A stretch of 64,000 nucleotides of DNA from Promethearchaeota archaeon (lineage in GTDB: Archaea > Asgardarchaeota > Lokiarchaeia > Sigyniarchaeales > SOKP01), in assembly GCA_019894975.1 (NCBI GenBank), contig JAGXNO010000004.1, positions 32,001-96,000 on the forward strand, given 5' to 3'. The notes below the pieces were generated by a model. It had not been told where the DNA came from. It saw only the letters and a program-made list of their open reading frames with translations, and searched no databases. This document shows, piece by piece, positions 30,845 to 40,165 of this stretch. Position 1 is the first letter of the stretch, and each line of letters opens with the position of its first letter. Both the position numbers and the translations under genes were made by a program.

Positions 30845-32128
30845 CTAAGGGCTGACATCCTTATTATTTTCAGATTTCAACCAGATTTCTAATAAAACGA
30901 AAATTATCAATCCAATTATGCACAGTAAGGCACCAATAAGGAATGCGCATTGATAAGCAAAAACTTCACTCTTACCTTCATTTATAAGAATGTTAATTAG
31001 GGGACCGCTGATTAATGTACTAGCTAATCCCCATGAAAGAAAAAACGTTGTGTTGTATACTGCAAAAAGCTTACCTCTCATTTTAGCCGGAATTAGAATT
31101 GAGGCAATCGCATATGATGAAGCATATATAATAACTTCTGCGGCTCCCATTAAAAATCCACCTATGAAAATAAACTGTAGACTATTAGTAAGAGCGGTAA
31201 TTAGTAGTGCAACTATCCCTATCGATGTACCAAGAATCAACGCTCGAGAATGACCAAATTTCTTACTTAAATACCCTGCAGTAAATCCAATAATCATGGC
31301 TGCAACTGAACGCATGTTCGCGATAAAACTTAGCATAATACTATTTACATTAAATCCTGAATCCAAAGAGAGATATTGAGAATAAGGAACAGCTATAGAG
31401 TTTCTGCCGAAATTTATGAAAATCAAAGCTACTATAAACATGACGAAAATAAATAAATAGTTTTGATTATCTTGATCATTTATTGAATTCTCTTTCTCAA
31501 TTACTTCTGTATCAACACCACCTTCAGGGGCTAATAACATTGGTATTGATGAGACAAACATTACTGCTGATGCTACAAAAAATAGAGGTCCGTTTCTAAA
31601 CCCAAAACCAGAATCATAAAGTGCACCTCCGATGAATATACCCATTATCCTTCCTAATCCACCTAAACTGGTCAATTGCCCCATTATCCTGCTTCTTTTT
31701 TCAGAAGGGTATAGATCGCTTATTAATGCACTCCACCCGATATTGGACATAGACCAAAACATTTCAACAAAACTAAGTCCAATTATGATTATATAACCTG
31801 CTATATACAAATTATAGAATGCGAAATGTACAGCCCAAATTGTTAGAGTCCCTGTCCCAGCTAATATTTCTCCGCAAATTATGAATGTTCGACGACGTTG
31901 AATTTTATCAGTAATAGGACCCCATAGAAAATTCTGGAATATAACACTCATTATCATAGGTAAAGTTGCGTACAGAGTTGTCTCCCAAACTGACAGACTC
32001 AAAAACTCCTTTAAATATATTGATAGAAAGGTATAGAACAATCCCCTTCTAAACATTGCAAGCATTTGAAAAGAGGATAGACCAAAAAAAATTTGAGTTG
32101 TTGATTTTCTGCTATGCAAAATTTCCAA
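30845..32128 (-). CDS. MFS transporter
   Basis: About 12 TM helices; G.ITDKIQRRR and GYLSKKFG motif-A-like loops. Confidence 0.85.
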   Translation of the reverse strand: MEILHSRKSTTQIFFGLSSFQMLAMFRRGLFYTFLSIYLKEFLSLSVWETTLYATLPMIMSVIFQNFLWGPITDKIQRRRTFIICGEILAGTGTLTIWAVHFAFYNLYIAGYIIIIGLSFVEMFWSMSNIGWSALISDLYPSEKRSRIMGQLTSLGGLGRIMGIFIGGALYDSGFGFRNGPLFFVASAVMFVSSIPMLLAPEGGVDTEVIEKENSINDQDNQNYLFIFVMFIVALIFINFGRNSIAVPYSQYLSLDSGFNVNSIMLSFIANMRSVAAMIIGFTAGYLSKKFGHSRALILGTSIGIVALLITALTNSLQFIFIGGFLMGAAEVIIYASSYAIASILIPAKMRGKLFAVYNTTFFLSWGLASTLISGPLINILINEGKSEVFAYQCAFLIGALLCIIGLIIFVLLEIWLKSENNKDVSP

Positions 32129-32259
32129 TTAAAGAATGGTAACTGTTATTAAATAGTTAAAAGAAAGATTTTTTCTAATTATTTGCATACCTAAAATCCA
32201 TTTTTAAAAGGATAAGATAATATTAATCCTAAATTAGATGAGATTAAACAAATCCCAAT

Positions 32260-34683
32260 TTATTCAACCAAGGTTTGTTTCTTTTCAAAATCCTTGATGA
32301 TTTCATTTAATAGGTTAAGAACTTTAGGGGTATCTGGAATTTTTTCCATTTGTTCATAATATAAGGGATAGTATTGATGCAATTTATCTAGTAATTCAAT
32401 CCAAGTTTTCTGAGATTCAGTTTCGGCTGGAATTTGTTTCTTTATTTGGAATAGAACCTTTTTTTCTTTCTTAGCTTTTAAATTTTTGAGAAAAGATTTA
32501 GTTACGATAATTCTGAAGTCAGAATATTCATCAGGTCTAAAGTTTGCTAAGGCATAATTCATATTATCATCGGCAAAAGGTAAAATCCTTATTTTCTTAT
32601 CCTCGGGTTCATCTGGGTTTTTCACTAGAGTAATTTCGATATCATTTTTATTTAAATCCTCTAAAATAGGATACAATTCTCCGGGATTTATTTTCGTAGC
32701 TAATTCAATTTCGTTGGAAATTTCAGATATAGGTATATAGAAATCAGGAGTTATTTCTGGGTTTTCCATCCTATAAATATATTCTTTTTTTATTATTTCA
32801 ATAATTTGATGTTTAAAATTTTCGGTAAGATGCTCAGAACTAAATGAAAATTCTGCTTTTTTCAATTTTTCTTTCTGAATATCTGCATCCTTTTGTTTCT
32901 TACCATAATCAGTCGATAATGAGGAAATAAAACTGTTTGTTACCTCACCCTTTTCTAAGTTACTTGTTAGTCTACTAGTTTTTCTATCTTTTTCTAGGGC
33001 AGTTTCTAAAAGTCTTTCACTCAAATATCTTCTCGCTTTTTGCCTAGCGACTCCTTTTTTCTCAAAACGCTCAGTTACAGAAACAAAGTTAATCATCTTG
33101 ATTGGTTTACCTAAATCTTGCTTTTCTTCAGAAATTACTATATCCATGTCCTTACTTGCTAATTGCTCAAGAAGTGCATAGACATTTCCTTTTGAGAGTT
33201 GAGTAGCTTTAATTAATTCTCTCTCAATTATTTCAACGGGGTAAGCTTCACCCCTCCTAATATATTCACTTTTCACTATTTTATAAACTCTTTCCATACT
33301 TTTCTCTTCTTCACTAACTGTCTCTTTTTGTAATCTCATAAACATGGATGTTTCATGAGGTTTTAAGTAATAAACTAATACTGTGCTACCTAAGAAAAAT
33401 ATCATTAAAACTGAAATAATATATTTATCCGCCATTAGTACTACACCAACATCACTTATTACTTGATTTTGTACCTGAGACGCTAATGCATAACGAGATA
33501 AAGTTTGAGCAAGCACACAAGCTAAACATAATAAAATTAAACCGTCTTTTTTAAATATAAGAATACGCCACCCTAAGGTTCTCCCCGTTTTTTTGACAAT
33601 TCTATATAGAAAATACATTGATATTATAAATTCAAATATAAAAATATATGATGATACGGAACCTGTTGCCCCAATACTGGCCTTTAAAGCAACAACAGTA
33701 TCTTCCTGGAGGAGCATAAACACGCTAATTTGAAAAATTTGAAAGAAAAAGATGAATAATACAATTAATGAAAAGGTAAAATTATCAAAAGTTCCCGCTC
33801 TTTTGGTTTCTGCTCGTCTCCGAGTTAACACAAATTCGAAGATAATAAAGACGAGTGTCATAACTAAACTGAAATAAATTAATGGCATTATTACACGCAT
33901 TTCTAGATTATATACTTTAACTGCGCTCGTTGGATCAGCGTTTCCAAAGAATTCTAAGGATAACCATACTAAAAAAAACCTATAAAACAATGAAATTACA
34001 ACTAGCACTCCCAAGATAAAAAATGGAATAATTATAGCAACAAAATATCTTGGGATCGAATATTTTTTAATAAACCTTGCCTCTATTTTGGTTGAAAATT
34101 TTCTTGAATAGATATAGAACCGACTGCTCAATAGCAGTAACCAAATCATTGCTAAGGTCAATAAATAAGTCATAATATTGAGATTTGTAACGGAAGATAA
34201 ATATAAAAAGAGCAGATAAAATACCGTTAATAAGCCAAAATATAATATTATTTGCTTGATAATTGTTTTTTCTTCAAAAATAAAGATTCGTACTTTATCG
34301 ATACTCAATAGAATAGAAAGTGACAGAAAAAATGCGACAATAGCGTTTGAAAAAGCAAAAGGATTACCAAGCATTAATATATTAATCCAAGTGCTATTCG
34401 GGAAATTAATTGCACTAATTAATAGAAGAGAATACAGTATAAATATTCCATATAATCCCCAAAATTTTCTATGGAACGAATAAGATTTTGGTTCTTTTCC
34501 ATCTACATAGACTTCTTGGTGAATAATTTTATCAGAATAAAAGACAGATAACTGGTTTTTTGCCTTTGATGATATATCTGTTAATTGGACTCTCTTTTTT
34601 GAAGAAAAGTCTTTAACTTTTTGTTTAATCCCAGTTTTATTTGTTGTTGACTTTTTTGAAGAATCAGATTGCTCATCAGACAT
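32260..34683 (-). CDS. Large polytopic membrane protein with cytoplasmic repeated wH-like domains
   Basis: About 10 TM helices, then a charged C-terminus with two related EYI.R...EL..AT....G..Y.LLE.L segments. Confidence 0.8.
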   Translation of the reverse strand: MSDEQSDSSKKSTTNKTGIKQKVKDFSSKKRVQLTDISSKAKNQLSVFYSDKIIHQEVYVDGKEPKSYSFHRKFWGLYGIFILYSLLLISAINFPNSTWINILMLGNPFAFSNAIVAFFLSLSILLSIDKVRIFIFEEKTIIKQIILYFGLLTVFYLLFLYLSSVTNLNIMTYLLTLAMIWLLLLSSRFYIYSRKFSTKIEARFIKKYSIPRYFVAIIIPFFILGVLVVISLFYRFFLVWLSLEFFGNADPTSAVKVYNLEMRVIMPLIYFSLVMTLVFIIFEFVLTRRRAETKRAGTFDNFTFSLIVLFIFFFQIFQISVFMLLQEDTVVALKASIGATGSVSSYIFIFEFIISMYFLYRIVKKTGRTLGWRILIFKKDGLILLCLACVLAQTLSRYALASQVQNQVISDVGVVLMADKYIISVLMIFFLGSTVLVYYLKPHETSMFMRLQKETVSEEEKSMERVYKIVKSEYIRRGEAYPVEIIERELIKATQLSKGNVYALLEQLASKDMDIVISEEKQDLGKPIKMINFVSVTERFEKKGVARQKARRYLSERLLETALEKDRKTSRLTSNLEKGEVTNSFISSLSTDYGKKQKDADIQKEKLKKAEFSFSSEHLTENFKHQIIEIIKKEYIYRMENPEITPDFYIPISEISNEIELATKINPGELYPILEDLNKNDIEITLVKNPDEPEDKKIRILPFADDNMNYALANFRPDEYSDFRIIVTKSFLKNLKAKKEKKVLFQIKKQIPAETESQKTWIELLDKLHQYYPLYYEQMEKIPDTPKVLNLLNEIIKDFEKKQTLVE

Positions 34684-34859
34684 TATATGTATAAATTCTT
34701 CTTTTCAATTTAAACCTAATTATAATACAAAAATGGAAATAGCCATTATCAATAGAATAGAGTAATCATATCAAGACAATTGATAAATTTCATATGAAAT
34801 CTTTAAAAATACTCAAATATAACAATAAATATAGTATATACATTATTTTTTTTGATAGT

Positions 34860-35138
34860 ATGAAAAAGACTCAAGTTGAAAGTAAGGAGAACCTAATTAA
34901 TCTAGTTAGAAAAGCGATTGAATTACTTTGTGAAAAAAATATTTCGAGTGTTGTAATCTTATCATCATACAAAATAAACTCAGTCCTCAAAGAATCATTT
35001 GGTATTAATATAAAAGTAGATAGAATAGGTAGAATATTAAGCCAGATAGCCAAATTAAATCAATTAAAAAGACTTAGTACTAATATTCCAAAATATAAAT
35101 TACAGATTTCAAAAGTTTCAAGTCTACAATTTTATTAA
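34860..35138 (+). CDS. Small basic hypothetical protein, possibly wH (ORF track start 34794)
   Basis: ORF with helix-turn-helix-like pattern (YKINSVL..GINIKVDRIGRIL). Confidence 0.6.
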   Translation: MKKTQVESKENLINLVRKAIELLCEKNISSVVILSSYKINSVLKESFGINIKVDRIGRILSQIAKLNQLKRLSTNIPKYKLQISKVSSLQFY

Positions 35139-35144
35139 AAAAGA

Positions 35145-36500
35145 TTAAGTTAAATTACGAAATTCGGTAATTGTTTTTTGGAGTTTTTCAAGTAAAATTC
35201 TAATCTCTGAATAACTATCTTTTACTGGTTTTAATTCTGTATCTATTTCTTCAAATTTACCATCAATTTGTGTATTAAAGGGAATGGTAACTTTTTCTAG
35301 ATTCTCAGAAATACTTTTCATAAGGTTTTTTATCTCATCATCTTTATCTGAGGTTAAATTATTTAATTCCATTATTGATGTTGATATCTGAGAGTTTAAA
35401 TTTGAAGTTGATTCTAAAGCATCTAATACTTCTTGTACTTTTCCTTCAAATGGGGTGGTTTTACTGTTTATTTGATTATCAATTGTTATTTTTGATTCTT
35501 CTATTGCGGAGTTTAGAATTTGAGAAATCTCAGTTTTTAATTCCTTCTGACCTTCAACACGTTTATTGATATATTCAGTAATATTTTTCTTAAAAAGACT
35601 AGAAATTTCCTCAAATGTACTATTAAAATATTTTTTAACATCTCTTAGGCCGTCAGAAAGAGTATTTTTCAATTGATTTATCGATCTACTAATATGTTTC
35701 ATACCCTTTAGAGTTCCTTGAGTTACGTCACCAACCCATACATTAAATTGAGTCTCATACGTATCAGCAAGAGCTTCATTTAATTTTGTGAATCCATTAT
35801 TAAATCCAGAAGTTATCTGATTAACCTGTTCTGAATAATCCTTCACGGTTTCATCTATTAAATCTTCTGTTGATAAAGGGATATCTTGAAGTTCTCTTAA
35901 AGATTGTTCCTTAATCTCATTAATCATAACTGGAGACAATCTTTGAGAATCTTCTGCAAACTTCTGAACCCACCTAAAGAAATTTAAATTAGACGGTATC
36001 TCGAGCTCATACGAGATTTCAAAATAATCATTTGATTTTTTATATTCTTTTAATGAATTAATTGCAAATCCAAATCCCCTTTCTTTGCCCATTAGTGTAT
36101 GATCAAAGATAATTACGAAACCATGAGGATTTTTGTCTGTTTGGATAAACTTATGATTTTGAATAGTTATTTCAGTAAAATCTAGGCCCCATCCAGGCCT
36201 TGAGAGATACCAACCTACTATTTTCATGTCTTTTTCTTGATATTCCTTTTCTAATCCAGCAAATAATTCAATATCTTCTTTAGAGAACCCTGTTGATACG
36301 TGAATTCCATGTTGAATTGGAATAATGTTTAATAAATTGATGACTTTGCTAGTTTCATCAACATTTCCTATACAAATACCCATAACTTCTATGCTTTCAT
36401 CCAGTGCTTCATTTCCGAATCTTAATACATGAGTCATCATTCGAATAAAAGCATCTGCCTTGATTATGACTTTAAAATCACTAATTCCGTGTGGCGACAT
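35145..36500 (-). CDS. MPN- (catalytically degenerate JAB/Mov34) domain + coiled-coil protein
   Basis: EVMG.C.G and VGWY retained, but HSH replaced by LSR and S-x2-D by T-x2-T. Confidence 0.82.
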   Translation of the reverse strand: MSPHGISDFKVIIKADAFIRMMTHVLRFGNEALDESIEVMGICIGNVDETSKVINLLNIIPIQHGIHVSTGFSKEDIELFAGLEKEYQEKDMKIVGWYLSRPGWGLDFTEITIQNHKFIQTDKNPHGFVIIFDHTLMGKERGFGFAINSLKEYKKSNDYFEISYELEIPSNLNFFRWVQKFAEDSQRLSPVMINEIKEQSLRELQDIPLSTEDLIDETVKDYSEQVNQITSGFNNGFTKLNEALADTYETQFNVWVGDVTQGTLKGMKHISRSINQLKNTLSDGLRDVKKYFNSTFEEISSLFKKNITEYINKRVEGQKELKTEISQILNSAIEESKITIDNQINSKTTPFEGKVQEVLDALESTSNLNSQISTSIMELNNLTSDKDDEIKNLMKSISENLEKVTIPFNTQIDGKFEEIDTELKPVKDSYSEIRILLEKLQKTITEFRNLT

Positions 36501-36506
36501 TTTTTT

Positions 36507-37997
36507 CTAGTCTCCTCCCTTTTCAAACTTATTTATTTTATTTGATAATTCTTGATTCTCAGCTCTAAGATCCTTCACTGTCTTTTGTAATTCCTTATTT
36601 TCTGTTTGTAATGTACTCAATTTATTCTTGATAGGATTCTTTGAGCTTTCTAATAATATAATCGCTGCTTTTAAATCAGATAAGTAGTTTTTTGTTTCTT
36701 TATATAGATTATTAAGATTTCCTTTAATTTTACTAACCTTTTTATTAAAACTTGTTAATAGATCTTCTTGTACGGTGTTTAAATCGCTTTGAATTAGATT
36801 ATTTATCGACTTATATTTTTCTGTGTATTTTTTTAGGGCACTACTTCCCCCATTTAAACTTTTAATATTATTTGAGAAATTATTATTAAAATCTGATATA
36901 TTATTTGAGATTTTTTCCATCTTTTCTAAAAGTTGTGTAAATCCTTTATCTTCAAATGAGCTTCTAATTTGATTTATACACTCGTCTTTTGATTTCTTAA
37001 CCAACTCTTCAATTTTCTCTTTTTCATTATCTAAATCTTCAAGTTTATCATCAACGTAGAAATCTAAATCTTTTATATCATTTTGTAAATTATAATTGAA
37101 GGATTGCTGTAATGTTATAATCTCATTACTCAATTTATCCCTAATCTCTTTTAAATCATTACGTATTCCCGTATTATTAATAGAAATCTTACCTACTATA
37201 TCCTGTCCCCACGTATTTAAGAAGTATACCATAGGTTTAATTGATGATTCTAGAAAATTATCCATTCCATTTTTTAAAGTGGTAATAATTTCATCAAATC
37301 GTACTTCAGGTAATTTTGATTCTATTTGCTCATCTTCAGGGATAAAAACATCACTAAATAAATCAACAGTTTCATTTAACTCAAGAATTTGGGGAACTCC
37401 CGTATGAACTTTGTTAATTAAGTCCACGATTTTCAAATAAAATTCAAGATTATCAGGAAATATTACATTTGCGTTTACTTCATGGTAATCTGATTTTAAA
37501 GCTAAGGAAGGGTCATCTAGATTCGTTTCACTTAGTCTAAATGCTCTAAATCCAAGTTCATTTGGTTTTTCAAGATATGTGTGATCAAACACTAAACCTA
37601 TACCACTTGGATTTTTTTGCCAAAAAATTTGGTTATATTTGTCAGTTTCACTAAAGAATATACCCAATCCTGGATGTGAATGGTACCATCCAACAGAAAA
37701 CCAACCAAGATCACCATATTGCTCCCATATTTTCGTATCTAATTCTCCAAACGCTCCCAATTGATCAACCGAGAATTTAACTTCTATTGTGCCTCCATGA
37801 GAAACGGGTACTACATCTTCAATAATTACATTTTTAATTTCACCTTCTCCTTCAAGACGGCCAATCAAAACACCCATAACTTCAGATAATTTTGCATGTT
37901 CAATATATTTTGAACCAAAACGTAACACATGAAGTAACATCTTATAGTAAGCAAGGGGTTTAATTGTTACTACACTTTGATCATTAATATTCCCCAT
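36507..37997 (-). CDS. MPN+/JAMM metalloprotease + coiled-coil protein
   Basis: EVMG...GWYHSHPGLGIFFSETD (E-xn-H-x-H-x7-S-x2-D). Confidence 0.88.
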   Translation of the reverse strand: MGNINDQSVVTIKPLAYYKMLLHVLRFGSKYIEHAKLSEVMGVLIGRLEGEGEIKNVIIEDVVPVSHGGTIEVKFSVDQLGAFGELDTKIWEQYGDLGWFSVGWYHSHPGLGIFFSETDKYNQIFWQKNPSGIGLVFDHTYLEKPNELGFRAFRLSETNLDDPSLALKSDYHEVNANVIFPDNLEFYLKIVDLINKVHTGVPQILELNETVDLFSDVFIPEDEQIESKLPEVRFDEIITTLKNGMDNFLESSIKPMVYFLNTWGQDIVGKISINNTGIRNDLKEIRDKLSNEIITLQQSFNYNLQNDIKDLDFYVDDKLEDLDNEKEKIEELVKKSKDECINQIRSSFEDKGFTQLLEKMEKISNNISDFNNNFSNNIKSLNGGSSALKKYTEKYKSINNLIQSDLNTVQEDLLTSFNKKVSKIKGNLNNLYKETKNYLSDLKAAIILLESSKNPIKNKLSTLQTENKELQKTVKDLRAENQELSNKINKFEKGGD

Positions 37998-38139
37998 TAT
38001 AGATTCACTAGTTTTTTCAAATTTATGATATATATATGGTTTGTATGGTTTTAAATATTTGAATAAAAAGTATTTAATTTAAAAAGAACTATTTTTTAAT
38101 TCTACCCTAAAAAATCCATAAGTAAATAATAGGATGGTT

Positions 38140-38784
38140 TTAGACGTGTGGTAATGGTTTACCACAATAGGGGCAAAATTTCCAATCTAAATCCTTCCCG
38201 CAATGTGGACAAAAACTCGATGCTTTTGAGGGAGTTGGTGCTACATCTCCCATTCCTTGTTTTGGGATGGAAGGTAATTCCCTAGTTGTCTTCAATGTTG
38301 CAGTATGATCATCTTCTTTCCTAGCAGCAACAGTAGCTTTAAAAGCTTCCCTTCTCTCTTCTTCGAGTTCTTGTTGAGTTTTTTCTCCCTCAACTTTAAC
38401 CCATCCTTGAACTTGAGGTCTTTTCAATTCACTTTCAGGTACTTTTTCCAATTCAACTGAATTTGTTTCTGATAATGGGGCTACTACCTTTCTTTCTTCT
38501 TTCTTTTGAATTGCTTGTTTAACTAAGGCTTGTGTAGTCTTCATAACCTGATGAGGATTAATATTAGGAATTGCTACTGTACGTAAAACCCAACCTACGA
38601 TAAGATTTTGATTTGGGAATCCACCCTGAACATCTTCATCCTTATAAACATAGGAATCAATTACATCTCTTCCTTTTAACAGACGCGAGGCCCATTTATC
38701 ATTAATCAATCCCAATTGGATTCGATAGCTGGTTCCTGCAATACCCAATTGGCTTGTTAGTGGTTCAAATCCTCTTTCGGTCAC
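38140..38784 (-). CDS. Conserved-looking hypothetical protein with C-terminal double zinc ribbon
   Basis: CPHCG..FCPYCG at the C-terminus; GTG start. Confidence 0.75.
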   Translation of the reverse strand: MTERGFEPLTSQLGIAGTSYRIQLGLINDKWASRLLKGRDVIDSYVYKDEDVQGGFPNQNLIVGWVLRTVAIPNINPHQVMKTTQALVKQAIQKKEERKVVAPLSETNSVELEKVPESELKRPQVQGWVKVEGEKTQQELEEERREAFKATVAARKEDDHTATLKTTRELPSIPKQGMGDVAPTPSKASSFCPHCGKDLDWKFCPYCGKPLPHV

Positions 38785-39040
38785 ATTTAATCACATTTTA
38801 TCTAATAATTATTTGAAATAAGTAATATTATAATGGTAAATTTTGAATTTAAATTCTTATTTATCTCATGCTAAAATTTATTTCTATTATTAAAAGTTTT
38901 TTGGAATGGAATAATCCAATAATTCAAATTATCCCATTTTCCTTATGTAAAAAAAAGATATAAATACAAAAATTTGTATTAATTTGTAAAATAATTATTA
39001 AAAACAGTTTTACTAAAAAATAGGAATACTGGTTGAAAAA

Positions 39041-40028
39041 ATGACAGTAATAATCCAAAAAAGAGCTTACTTAACAATCGTAGCCGCATCAGTGAGATTT
39101 GCTAATGTCCGCATACCTAAAGATGATTGGTTAGAAGTGAGTGGTATTTTTACAGGTCGAAATGAAGGAAATGATGTTTTGGTTTCTAAAGCTTATCCCA
39201 TTATGCATCAAGAACTAGATAAAGATGCTGTTATCGATCAATACAAATGGTCAGATGAAGACTATGAATCACTTTATGTTATTGATGATGAAGCTTTTTC
39301 AAGAGATCCTCCTGAATTTGTTGTTGGTTGGTGGCACTCACATCCTGGTTTTATTTGAACTGGACTTACCAGACTTCAACTAAAAGGTTATGATGTCACA
39401 TATCGATATTCGAACCACTCTCTCTTATCAGCAAAATAATCCTTTAGCAATTTCACTTGTATTTAATCCTCAAAGATTAATAAGACAAATTGAAGTTGCT
39501 GATAAAAAGGGAGACCCTGATAAACAATTAAAAAATGATCCTGGGTTTAAAATTTTCCGATTAGATGATGTTAATAGTGGAACAGAAGCCTCTTATCATA
39601 CTGCTGACTTTAAAATTGAAGAATATGAAAGCATGGAGCAGTTATTAAGGCTTACCCAAAAATTCATTGTTGATATAACTAATTTATTCCCAAAAGAGAA
39701 AGTTCCGCAAACTTATGAAAAAGTTGTGGATGAACGAATAGAACAATTAAACTCATTACTATTAGGTACTGAAGAATATTTAACAACATTAACCCGTCGT
39801 GGTGAAAAACATCGGATTCCCGAGGTACTAGAAAATCAAAATCAAGAAATTAACAGATTTATTGAAGAAACAAATAAGAAGATAGAGTTTATAAGAGAAT
39901 TTATTGGATATTTAGAATTTAAAGAAAGAGACACTATAGTTCCTCAAGTGGAAAAGAATTTATCAAAGTGGGACGAGACTACGAAGGGTTTAGGAAAAAA
40001 GCTGAAAGATCTTTCCAAAAAGTTTTAA
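39041..40028 (+). CDS. MPN+/JAMM metalloprotease + helical C-terminus, interrupted by a 31-nt intron (exons 39041-39352 and 39384-40028; 318 aa spliced)
   Basis: Two ORF-track fragments join to WLEVSG...GWWHSHPGF|KVMMSHID, an intact JAMM motif. Confidence 0.85.
39353..39383 (+). other. Candidate archaeal BHB/BHL-type mRNA intron (31 nt)
   Basis: ATTTGAACTGGACTTACCAGACTTCAACTAA; outer helix CCU/AGG, 4-bp helix GGUU/AACU, 3-nt AAA bulge; canonical cut sites restore the frame. Confidence 0.72.
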
Positions 40029-40165
40029 CCACTTTACAATCAAAAATATTTTTCATCTTATTTTTAATTTTGATAAATTTTTATTTGATTAAGCGTTAAT
40101 TTGATTAAGAAAACTACGAGTCAAAATAATCGCTCTCTAGAGAAATAAAGATTGTATCTTCTATT

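Noticed and set aside
39356-39358. TGA after HSHPGFI as a selenocysteine or readthrough codon (hairpin immediately downstream)
   Set aside because: The downstream half of the domain is in a different frame, so readthrough gives out-of-frame sequence. A simple frameshift would insert about 10 residues into the fixed-spacing JAMM motif. Only removal of 31 nt restores it.
39353-39383. Insert as a CRISPR repeat, MITE or transposon footprint
   Set aside because: Single copy in the window, no spacer array, no clear target-site duplication and no transposase nearby; cannot be fully excluded without a genome-wide search.
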